NCBI GenBank assembly: GCA_044223505.1
Contig: JBGALX010000012.1
Location: 218,174-279,070 of the forward strand
From: Myxococcaceae bacterium
GTDB taxonomy: Bacteria; Myxococcota; Myxococcia; Myxococcales; Myxococcaceae
DNA length: 60,897 nucleotides
Direction: 5' to 3'
Position 1 is the stretch's first letter; the number at the start of each line of letters is the position of its first letter. The notes beneath the pieces were generated by a model. That model was not told the origin of the DNA and did not search any database. It saw nothing but the letters and a program-made list of their open reading frames with translations. A program made the translations under genes and the position numbers. Of this stretch, positions 20,954 through 28,627 are shown one piece after another.

Positions 20954-21709
20954 TCATTGAAGCGCCCCCGCCACAATGGCCAGCAGCGCCGAACCGTAGA
21001 GCGCCGCCCACCGCGAGCCCCGCGTCTCCGAGACGGCGAACGACAGCACCGCGATGAGCAGACATCCTCCGGTCAATAACGGCACCGACAGCCCGCTGCG
21101 GTGCGCGAACACCACGCTCAAGTACGCCGCCAGCGCTCCCGCCGCCGCCGCCGCCACCGCCCGCAGCCGCTCGCCCCAGCGCGGGATGTTGAGCTGCCCG
21201 AGCTTCGCCACCAGCCCGTCGCCGTGCAGGTAGCCGAGGCGGAAGAAGCGCGCCCGCGCCGTGAGGTGCACCGCGTTGAAGAGAAAGAGGAACAGCACCG
21301 CGCACCACACGCCGAGCAGCGGGTACAGGGCCGCGCTGACGGCCCCGCACGCCGGCCGCAAGCTGAACCAGAAGAAGCCGTCGCCGAGCGCCGCGAGCGG
21401 CCCCATCAGCGAGGCCTTGAAGTGCTCGGCCGACGAGGCCGGCGCCTCGCTGCGCGCCATGCGCTCCTCGTGGTGGAGGATGCCGCCCACGATCGCCGCC
21501 GCCACGTACGGGTGCGTGTTGAACGTCGTCGACAGGTGCCGCTGCACCGCCGCCGCCTCGGCCTGCGGCTCGGGGTACAGCGCCTTCAGCGCCGGCAAGA
21601 GCGCGTACGTGAGCCCGAGCGACTGCTGGCCCCGCGGGTTGTAGCCCGCCTGAATGAAGAGGCTGCGCCAGAACACGCGCGCGCGCACCGTGCGAGTCAG
21701 CGTCTTCAC
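20954..21709 (-). CDS. PTS mannose/fructose/sorbose-family EIID component.
   Basis: VKTLTRTVRARVFWRSLFIQAGYNPRGQQSLGLTYALLP... is the conserved IID N-terminus. GTG at 21707-21709 overlaps the TGA of the IIC gene. The upstream 313 codons of the track ORF are an Arg-rich artefact. Confidence 0.75.
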   Translation of the reverse strand: MKTLTRTVRARVFWRSLFIQAGYNPRGQQSLGLTYALLPALKALYPEPQAEAAAVQRHLSTTFNTHPYVAAAIVGGILHHEERMARSEAPASSAEHFKASLMGPLAALGDGFFWFSLRPACGAVSAALYPLLGVWCAVLFLFLFNAVHLTARARFFRLGYLHGDGLVAKLGQLNIPRWGERLRAVAAAAAGALAAYLSVVFAHRSGLSVPLLTGGCLLIAVLSFAVSETRGSRWAALYGSALLAIVAGALQ

Positions 21710-22410
21710 CCGCGGAACCTCCCGGTGAGGCCGAGCGCGAAGAGCATGGCGAGGGCGGCGGCGCCGGCGAGCGCCGCGGCCTTCTTCGAGTGGCTGCCCC
21801 GCACCGCGAGGCCCGCCGCGACCGAGGCCATCACCGGGTAGGCCCAGCTCAGCCCGCGCAAGAGCGGTGAGGGCAGAGCGCGCTCGAGCGGCTCGGCCGC
21901 GAACCCGAGCGCGGCGGCCGCAGCCGAGAGCAGCCCGAACGCGACGAAGTGCGGCCACATGCCCCAGAGGTTCTGGCGCGCGACGCGGTGGAAGTCTTCG
22001 CCCGAGGCGCTCGTCATGGCCTCGCCGAGGTAGCGCACGGCGCGGGCGTCGAACGCGTTCTCGATGGCGCGGCCGGCGGGGCCGAGCGGCGCGAAGAGAA
22101 TGATGCTGAGGCTCCAGATGGCGGTGGTGCCGGGCGAGTGGGCGGCGGCCGAGAGCGTCGAGGCGAAGGCGGCGGCGCAGACCGAGGGCAGGGTCTCGTG
22201 GTCCGAGTGCACTCCGCCGAGCGAGGCGGCGCCGAGCCAGTAGAGCTCGAACACGAGCCCGACGAAGAGGCCGGACTCGGCGTCTTCGAGCAACAGGCCC
22301 GTGCCGGTCGCGGCCACCAGCGGCCGGCTGAACATGGCCTGCAAGAACGCGCGCCGCTCGAGGGCCAGGAGGCCGCCCCAGAGGCCGGCCACGGTGAGGT
22401 GCAGCACCAT
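21706..22410 (-). CDS. PTS mannose-family EIIC component (234 aa, polytopic membrane protein).
   Basis: Hydrophobic multi-TM protein immediately upstream of and start-stop coupled to IID. The sequence pattern is consistent with IIC(Man) (e.g. ...LEDAESGLFVGLVFELYWLG...). Confidence 0.7.
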   Translation of the reverse strand: MVLHLTVAGLWGGLLALERRAFLQAMFSRPLVAATGTGLLLEDAESGLFVGLVFELYWLGAASLGGVHSDHETLPSVCAAAFASTLSAAAHSPGTTAIWSLSIILFAPLGPAGRAIENAFDARAVRYLGEAMTSASGEDFHRVARQNLWGMWPHFVAFGLLSAAAAALGFAAEPLERALPSPLLRGLSWAYPVMASVAAGLAVRGSHSKKAAALAGAAALAMLFALGLTGRFRG

Positions 22411-22449
22411 CGACGGACCTCTTAACTGATGGGCCCCTCGATGTGACGA

Positions 22450-22785
22450 TTACTCCTGCAGGCAGTAGTGCAGCGCCCCGGCGTCGCAGCTGCGGCCCGA
22501 GAAGCTCCACCAGGAGGGCGAGATCGAGCGCGGGTCGCCGACGCGCGCAGAGTTGGCGGGCGACGACCACGACGAGCACGTGTTCCCGAGGCCGCCCGTC
22601 CACACGGGCAGGCCGCTGTCGGGCACGTCCGAGAGGCTCGTCAGCCACGGCGCGGGCAGCACGGCGTTCGCCAGGTCGGCGAGGTCGCCGGGCGAGGTGA
22701 ACGCCGGGTAGCCGTCGAGGCGGTACCAGTTGCCGCCGTCGAGCCGGAACCGCACGTAGGCGTCGAGACCGCCGTCGACGCTCAC
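22450..22785 (-). CDS. Small ORF (about 111 aa from a GTG) whose sequence resembles the C-terminal half of a C-type lectin-like fold; possibly a frameshifted C-terminal extension of the upstream gene.
   Basis: WLTSLSD...GLPVWTGG...CSSWSS...WWSFSGRSCDAGALHYCLQE. The protein-like part begins within a few nt of the stop of the upstream 365-aa gene in the +1 frame. There is no ATG and no signal peptide. Confidence 0.3.
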   Translation of the reverse strand: MSVDGGLDAYVRFRLDGGNWYRLDGYPAFTSPGDLADLANAVLPAPWLTSLSDVPDSGLPVWTGGLGNTCSSWSSPANSARVGDPRSISPSWWSFSGRSCDAGALHYCLQE

Positions 22786-22808
22786 GAGCGCGCGAGCGTG
22801 AGACGCCG

Positions 22809-23903
22809 TCAGCCGTCCCAGCTCAGCGTGCGCACGGCAGCGTCGAGCTCGGCGTCGGCCTCGGCGGGCTCCTGCCACGGCGGCCGCGAGAGCGTGACGG
22901 CGAGAGCGGCCTCGCCGCGCCTCAGCCACCGCGCGTGCGACGACACCTGCATGCTGCCGGCCCGGCCGGTGAAGGCGACGGTGACGAGCTCTTCGGCGCC
23001 GCCGGCCCGCGGTGCGGGCGCGACCTCGAGCCGCTCGGTGGCGACGCCCTGCTTTTCCCACGAGGCGTAGAAGGCGCGCAGCTGCTGCTCGAGCGTGCCC
23101 TGCAGCGGCAGCGCGACGACCTCGAACAGCTGCGGGTCGGCGCGCAGCGAGTGGAACACGCGCGTGAACGTGTAGTGGCCCTTCGGCGAGGGCATCACGC
23201 CGTCGGGCACCCGGCCGAACCGCGGCGGCGCCGCGACCGTGACGCCGGCGAGCTCGAGGCGCTCTCTCGCGGGCGGCGGCGCGGCCGGTGCGACGACCTC
23301 GAGCCGGCCCGCGAGCGTGCGCAGCGTCTTTCGGGCGCGGCTCAGGCAGTGGGCGGGGAACTTCGCGTCGAGCGCTTCGTCGTCGACGCGCGCGAAGAAG
23401 TCGGGGCCGCGCTGCTTGCCCGCGCTCAGGTAGACGACCGACTCGCGGCCGCCGGTGGTGGTGTCGGTGGCCGAGACCGAGAGCTCGGCGCAGCCGCCGG
23501 CGAGCGGCACGAGCAGCCGCGCGACCACGAGCTCGCCCGACGGCCGGTAGTCGCGCCGGTAGACGAGCCGCACGCCTTCGCCGCCCTTCAGGGGCACGCG
23601 CTCGAACGCGGTGAGCGCGTTGAAGCCCGGCTGCTGGGTGGCGGCGGGCTCCTTCGGCGCGGGGAGGCTCGCCCAGAGCTGCTCGAGCTCCCAGCGGGTC
23701 GAGCGCTCGACGGCGGCGCGGTGAGCGGCGGCGGGCTCGAGCACGAGCCGCCACGGCAGGCGAATCACCTCGACGACGCACGAGGGGTCTTCTGCCTCGA
23801 GCACGAGCTGGCCGACGGTGTTCGAGCGCACGGGCCAGGAGTCGGGGAGCGAGAGCTTCAGCCCGGCGCTGCCGTCGCCGAGGTCGCTCTTGAGCGAACG
23901 CAT
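22809..23903 (-). CDS. Hypothetical protein (365 aa) embedded in the PTS operon.
   Basis: Internal ATG at 23903 (MRSLKSDLGDG...). Non-repetitive, protein-like composition with high GC3. No recognisable family. Confidence 0.5.
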   Translation of the reverse strand: MRSLKSDLGDGSAGLKLSLPDSWPVRSNTVGQLVLEAEDPSCVVEVIRLPWRLVLEPAAAHRAAVERSTRWELEQLWASLPAPKEPAATQQPGFNALTAFERVPLKGGEGVRLVYRRDYRPSGELVVARLLVPLAGGCAELSVSATDTTTGGRESVVYLSAGKQRGPDFFARVDDEALDAKFPAHCLSRARKTLRTLAGRLEVVAPAAPPPARERLELAGVTVAAPPRFGRVPDGVMPSPKGHYTFTRVFHSLRADPQLFEVVALPLQGTLEQQLRAFYASWEKQGVATERLEVAPAPRAGGAEELVTVAFTGRAGSMQVSSHARWLRRGEAALAVTLSRPPWQEPAEADAELDAAVRTLSWDG

Positions 23904-23977
23904 GGCGCGCACGTTACTCGCACGCGCGACGTTGAGCGCGGCTCTCGCACGTGCCTGTCGCCGGGTGGGCTCGCGGG

Positions 23978-24961
23978 TCAGCGCGGCACGAGCGGCCGCG
24001 CGACGCCGTCGAGCTCGCACCGCACGAGCCGGCGGGCCTCGGGGCCGACCGCAATCGACACCTGCAGCTCGCAGGGGCTCTCGAGCCGGGTGACGATGCC
24101 GAGCGTGGCGCCCGAGCACGCGCCGGTCTGCTCCCACTGCAGCCGCGCCTCGAGGTCGGCTCCTGGCGCGAGCGCGGCGGTCGAAGCGCTGGCCGTGACG
24201 CCGACGGCGAGCTCGCGGCCCGGGTCATCGAGCGCGAGCAGGGTCGACGTGAAGCGGGTGGCCCGAACGACGGTCACCGTCACCGCTCGCGCCGAGTCGC
24301 CGCGGTTCGTCACGCGCACGGCGTCGGCGCTGCACGCGAGCTCGAGGGGGCGCCACTGGGTGTCCTCGGCCCGGCGCTCGTACGCGTGGAGCAGCGGGGC
24401 GGCTCCGGCGATGACGGCGGCCGTGAGCACCCAGGCGAGGCCCGCGGCGAGCTGCCGGGCGCCGCCGTGCAGCACGCCGCGGTTGTAGGCGCCGACGGCG
24501 CGCACGCCGCCCACGAGGTCGGCGACGATGAGCAGGACCCACAGCCCGTAGCCGAAGCTCGAGGTCGAGCTGCCTCCGGCGGCGGCGACGAGCGAGCAGA
24601 GCCAGGCGGCGAGCAGCACCGCGCCGGTCCACGGGCGGCGCGCGTAGAAGTGGCCGCCCGCGGGAATGAGAAACGGCAGGCCGGCCGCGAGGCGCCGGCG
24701 GAGCGTGCGCCGCGGCGGAGGCTCGGGCTCCTCGTGCGGCTCGGGTGCGTGCTTCAGCGCCTCGAGCACCTCGTTCGCGCGAGCGACGTCGGCGGTGGGC
24801 ACCTGGAGCGCGAGGGGCAGAATCTCGGGCGAGACGCCGAGCAGGGCGGCGTCGGCGAAGCCCTCGATGCGGGCAGGGACGCCCTCACCCTCGAGCGCAG
24901 AGAGCCACAGCTCGGCCTCGACGCGGTCGGTGGTGTTGCGAATCGTCTCGAAGGCGCCCAT
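23978..24961 (-). CDS. Membrane protein with a DUF2007-like N-terminal domain, then Pro/Glu linker, TM region and C-terminal domain (327 aa).
   Basis: N-terminus MGAFETIRNTTDRVEAELWLSALEGEGVPARIEG resembles the putative signal-transducing DUF2007 fold. Two hydrophobic helices follow. Confidence 0.5.
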   Translation of the reverse strand: MGAFETIRNTTDRVEAELWLSALEGEGVPARIEGFADAALLGVSPEILPLALQVPTADVARANEVLEALKHAPEPHEEPEPPPRRTLRRRLAAGLPFLIPAGGHFYARRPWTGAVLLAAWLCSLVAAAGGSSTSSFGYGLWVLLIVADLVGGVRAVGAYNRGVLHGGARQLAAGLAWVLTAAVIAGAAPLLHAYERRAEDTQWRPLELACSADAVRVTNRGDSARAVTVTVVRATRFTSTLLALDDPGRELAVGVTASASTAALAPGADLEARLQWEQTGACSGATLGIVTRLESPCELQVSIAVGPEARRLVRCELDGVARPLVPR

Positions 24962-25038
24962 CGGGCGGGATGACCCCGAAGGAAGAGGTCGAGGGCAGCA
25001 AACCCGAACGGCGCCGCGGGTGCGGCGAGGCGCCTGGC

Positions 25039-25473
25039 TCAGGGACCCGAGCGTGAGCCACCGAGATCCGGTGAGCGGTTGAAGCGCTCGTCGGTGATGA
25101 GCTGCCTCGCTTCGTCGATGGGGTACTCCTCTGCTTCGAGCACCAGGTCCCTGCGCTCGGACGCCACGACGATGCGGAAGGCGCGTGCCTCACCGGGCCT
25201 GAGCATCACGTCTTCTCGCGCTGGCTCGTGACCGCTCGCCGAGAAGCGCAAGAGATGGTCTCCAGGCGAGACCTCGACCTGGACAAAGTCGCCGATGGAG
25301 ACCTCGAAGCGGTGCCCGTCGAGCTGCATCTCGTAGCTCTGCATGACCGGCGGCCCGCGCGTCACGCACACGACGGCCATGGTCGAGGTCGAAGGCCGGC
25401 ACAGCTCGGCGCTTGGCTTCACTGCGCGTACGCACCCCGCCAGCAGCATCACCAACGCGATCGACCATCGCAT
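25039..25473 (-). CDS. Small lipoprotein (144 aa), hypothetical.
   Basis: MRWSIALVMLLAGCVRA has lipobox LAGC. Confidence 0.55.
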   Translation of the reverse strand: MRWSIALVMLLAGCVRAVKPSAELCRPSTSTMAVVCVTRGPPVMQSYEMQLDGHRFEVSIGDFVQVEVSPGDHLLRFSASGHEPAREDVMLRPGEARAFRIVVASERRDLVLEAEEYPIDEARQLITDERFNRSPDLGGSRSGP

Positions 25474-25519
25474 GGGTCCAAGCTAGACCAGCAGCGAGTC
25501 GCCCCGCAGCCTCGACGCT

Positions 25520-25972
25520 TCAGCGCAGCGCTTGCGCGGGCTCGTTGGGCACGGCCTGAATGTTGACGGCGAGCCCGTCGCGGCTCAGGTCGAGCAGCTG
25601 GCGCTTCTCGTTCTCGGTGAGGAAGACGCTGCGGCTGACGGCGAGGCGCTCGGGGCCGGCGTGCACGTTGCCGAGGTTGAGGGGGCCGGTGAGGCCGAGC
25701 GCGTAGGCGCGAACGGCGGCCGGCACGTCGCGCAAGAGCACGAGGGTGCGGGGCGCGTCGTTGAGCAGCTTCTTGAACGGCACGTCGTCGACGCGGGCGA
25801 CGAGCACGTCGACGTCAGGCGGCACGGCGAGGCTCATCGCGGCGCGGGCGAGCGGGTCGGCGACCGTGACGTCGTCGGCCACGACGATGCGCTGAATCTT
25901 CAGGTGAGGCAGCCAGGTCTCGATCACCTGCCCGTGAATGAGGCGGCTGTCGACGCGGATGAGCGAGATCAC
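25520..25972 (-). CDS. PTS mannose/sorbose-family EIIB component.
   Basis: MISLIRVDSRLIHGQV contains the conserved IIB(Man) phospho-His motif (RIDDRLIHGQV-type). Confidence 0.8.
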   Translation of the reverse strand: MISLIRVDSRLIHGQVIETWLPHLKIQRIVVADDVTVADPLARAAMSLAVPPDVDVLVARVDDVPFKKLLNDAPRTLVLLRDVPAAVRAYALGLTGPLNLGNVHAGPERLAVSRSVFLTENEKRQLLDLSRDGLAVNIQAVPNEPAQALR

Positions 25973-26050
25973 AGCGGAGGAAACACTCCTGTACGACGGT
26001 CCGGTTCCGGCTCTAGCGCCGTCGCTCGGGCATGTCGAGCGTGCGGGCGC

Positions 26051-26473
26051 TCAGTGCGCCGGAACCCGCAGCGCGTCGCGCAAGAGCTGCGACGCCAGCG
26101 TGATGTTCCGCTGCCCGTACTGCACGAGCGCGTGCGCCAGCGCGTTCACCGTGAGGCCCTCGTGGCGCATCGACGCCGCCTTGATCACCATCGGCAGGTT
26201 CACGCCGCAGACGACCTCGAGGTTCGCCTTCGCGCACAGCGCCATCGACTCGCGGCACGGCGACCCACCGAACAGGTCGGCCAGCACCAGCACGCCGTCG
26301 CCTTGATCGACGCGCTGCACGGCCTCTTGAATGCGCTCGCGCAGCTGCTCGGCCGACGACCCCGGCTCGACCGAGCACCACGTCACCTGCGCGAGCACAC
26401 CGACGATCTGCTCGGCTGTCGAGAGCATCTCTTGCGCGAGCCTGCCGTGAGTGGCGACGACGAGACCGACCAT
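26051..26473 (-). CDS. PTS mannose-family EIIA component (140 aa).
   Basis: Internal ATG at 26473 gives MVGLVVATHGRLAQEMLSTAEQIVG (IIA-Man phospho-His region ...THG...). Confidence 0.8.
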   Translation of the reverse strand: MVGLVVATHGRLAQEMLSTAEQIVGVLAQVTWCSVEPGSSAEQLRERIQEAVQRVDQGDGVLVLADLFGGSPCRESMALCAKANLEVVCGVNLPMVIKAASMRHEGLTVNALAHALVQYGQRNITLASQLLRDALRVPAH

Positions 26474-26495
26474 CTCGAACCCAAGTATCGCTGAG

Positions 26496-26510
26496 GGCCC
26501 TCGCGTGCAA
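26496..26510 (-). promoter_or_regulatory. Candidate sigma-54 (-24/-12) promoter upstream of the PTS operon.
   Basis: The minus-strand sequence GGTGCACCTGTTGCA has GG-N10-GC spacing with a perfect TTGCA -12 element. It lies about 25 nt upstream of the IIA start. Confidence 0.35.
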
Positions 26511-26549
26511 CAGGTGCACCGCCGACCCCGGCGCGTTAAACACACATTC

Positions 26550-27194
26550 ATGGCTCTGCTCCTGCGCGCCTGGGCCGACTACGTCTGACCCTGGTGCTAC
26601 GTCGGCCAGGTCGTGGCCGAGCGATTCTCGAAGGACTACTCGTTCGACGGAAAGCCTGTGCCCGTCGACTGGCAGCCGTTCCTCTTGCGCCCCGACGCCC
26701 CCCTCGAGGGCTGGGCGCTGCCCGAGCGCATCAAGGCGATGAAGAACCGCCCCGACAACCCGCTGCACCTGCGGGCGAAGCAGCTCGGGCTGCCGCTCGT
26801 CGAGCGCGACTGGATTCCGAATTCGCGCCGCGCCCTCGCCGCCAACGAGTACGTGCGCGAGCTCGGCGGCCTCGAGAAGCTGCACGCGTACCACTCTGCC
26901 GTCAACGCGCGGTACTGGGGCCAGGGCGAAGACCTCTCGAAGCTCGACGTGCTCGAGGCCGCCGCCCGCGACGCCGGCATCGACCCGGCCGGCGTGCGCG
27001 AGGCCGTCGAGAGCGGCACGTACGACCAGCGCATCGACGACGGCATCGCGAAGGCGAACGCGATGGGCATTCACGCGGTGCCGACGTACGTCTTCTTCGA
27101 CGGCGAGCGGCCGATCGGCGCGATTCAGGGCGCGCAGGAGTACGCCGTCTTCGAGCGCGCCGCCGCCCAGCTCGGGCTCACGCCTCAGCGGTAG
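26550..27194 (+). CDS. DsbA/FrnE-like thioredoxin-fold oxidoreductase with an in-frame TGA at the first Cys position of the CxxC motif (candidate selenoprotein, U-P-W-C).
   Basis: ATG 26550 gives MALLLRAWADYV, then TGA (26586-26588), then PWCYVGQVVAERF... continuing as track ORF 26613..27194. A 7-bp stem-loop UCGGCCA-GGUCG-UGGCCGA (26602-26620) starts 13 nt after the UGA. If the TGA is a true stop, the remaining ORF lacks the catalytic motif. Confidence 0.55.
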
Positions 27195-27547
27195 GCGGCG
27201 AGCGCCGCGGTGAACGTCTTCTCCTGCTCGGCGGCGGGCAGCTTCTGAAACGCTTCGCTCTTGAGCTTGCCCATCAGGGCGACCATCGCGCTCGGCTCCG
27301 AGAGCTTCGGCAGCGCGCGCTCGAACGCGGCGCGGGCCGCTGCGGGCAGCTTCTTGTACAGCGGCGAGTGCATCAGCTTGCGACCCAGGTCCTGCGTGGT
27401 GAGTCGCTTCACCTGGCCTTCGTGCCCGGTCGGCTCGAAGCCGTCGGCGTAGTTCGCTTGTACGCGCCGCTGGAGCGGCGTCGCCCCCGGCCGCGCGGCG
27501 TCGCTGCGCGAGACCGAGACGTCGGAGCCCACCGGCCGAACGGACAT
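27185..27547 (-). CDS. Small hypothetical protein (about 120 aa).
   Basis: Internal ATG at 27547 (MSVRPVGSDVSV...). Lys/Ala-rich helical C-terminus. It is convergent with the DsbA-like gene and overlaps it by 10 nt. Confidence 0.4.
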   Translation of the reverse strand: MSVRPVGSDVSVSRSDAARPGATPLQRRVQANYADGFEPTGHEGQVKRLTTQDLGRKLMHSPLYKKLPAAARAAFERALPKLSEPSAMVALMGKLKSEAFQKLPAAEQEKTFTAALAAYR

Positions 27548-27722
27548 GCGGCGGATCAGTGCAACGGCGGGACCAGCCGGCGGGCGCCTCCCCACGCGGG
27601 CTTACGCTGCGACGCGGGCGGTGCTCGCCCATGACAGGCTGTGCGCGCCTGCGCTCAAAACACTTCGGCCGCCGAACCCGAGAGGGCGCGGCGGCCGAAC
27701 GTCCCCACTTTGATGTCGAGCG

Positions 27723-28517
27723 TTACTTCGACAGCTGGCTCGAGAGCAGCTCGACGCAGCCGGTGACCGCGCGCTGCGCGTTCGACTTCGACGCGTAGGT
27801 CTCGCTGCGGGCGATGATGGCGCCGTTCGCGGCCTTCAGGTGGAAGTAGTACTGGCCGTCGGCCGCCGCGAGCACCGTGTAGCGGGCCGCGATGGCGCCG
27901 TTCGTGTTCACCGAGATGGCGCCGTTCGTCGCCGACGTCTTCGACGCGTACGACTGCGACTGCAGCACGATCTCGCCGTTCAGCGCGCGCACGTGGAAGT
28001 AGTACTTCGAGTCGAGACCCTTGAAGACCTCGAACTTCGCGTCGCCCGTGATGGCCAGGCCCTGCGCCACCGTCTGCTTCACCACCGTCGCCACCGACGT
28101 CATCGCGCGCGTCGCGTTCGACTGGCTCACGTACATCTCGCTCGCCGCCAGAATGTCGCCGTTCGCCGCCGACGCGACCACGAAGTACCAGCTGCCGTCG
28201 CTCGCCTCGCGGAGCAGGTACTTGCTCGCATCCTGGCCGTTCGCCTTCAGCGACTCGATGCCCGACAGCGCGCTCGCCTGCGTCGCGTAGCCCTGCGACT
28301 GCAGCACCTTCTCGCCGTTGCCCGCGAGCAGGTGGAAGTACGTCTTCCCGTCCTTGCCCACGAACGTCTCGAACTTGCCCTTCGCGCTCAGCGCCTCGTC
28401 GTTCACCTGGTACTCGTCGGCAGGCGACCCGACCTCGGTCGTGTCTTCGGCCCCGACGCCGCAGGCAGTGAAGGAGAGCGCGAACAGCGAAACGAGGATT
28501 TTGAAGTTGGAGTTCAT
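27723..28517 (-). CDS. Lipoprotein made of four tandem YegP/DUF1508-like repeats (264 aa).
   Basis: MNSNFKILVSLFALSFTACG has lipobox FTAC. The block KFE(T/V)F(V/K)G.DGK.YFHL.A.NGE.(V/I)L.SQ.Y recurs four times. The K/N/S/Y-rich composition is atypical for this genome. Confidence 0.75.
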   Translation of the reverse strand: MNSNFKILVSLFALSFTACGVGAEDTTEVGSPADEYQVNDEALSAKGKFETFVGKDGKTYFHLLAGNGEKVLQSQGYATQASALSGIESLKANGQDASKYLLREASDGSWYFVVASAANGDILAASEMYVSQSNATRAMTSVATVVKQTVAQGLAITGDAKFEVFKGLDSKYYFHVRALNGEIVLQSQSYASKTSATNGAISVNTNGAIAARYTVLAAADGQYYFHLKAANGAIIARSETYASKSNAQRAVTGCVELLSSQLSK

Positions 28518-28530
28518 GCCGCGGCCTTAC

Positions 28531-28546
28531 AGCAGCCCGCGTGCCA
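28531..28546 (-). promoter_or_regulatory. Candidate sigma-54 promoter immediately upstream of the YegP-repeat lipoprotein gene.
   Basis: The minus-strand TGGCACGCGGGCTGCT matches TGGCAC-N5-(T)TGC with GG-N10-GC spacing. The predicted TSS is only about 3 nt before the ATG, so the transcript would be leaderless. A sigma-54 activator gene lies divergently about 100 bp away. Confidence 0.4.
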
Positions 28547-28627
28547 CCTCTGCCCACACCCGTTTCCAGCCGGTTACGTCACGATGAGTTGCACGCGGCG
28601 CAACAACGAATGTAGAAGCTGCAACGA

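Noticed and set aside
21710-22648. N-terminal 313 codons of track ORF 20954..22648 (-), and ORFs 21101..21841 (+), 21949..22425 (+)
   Set aside because: The Arg-rich extension overlaps the IIC gene in another frame. The IID homology begins exactly at the GTG overlapping IIC's stop.
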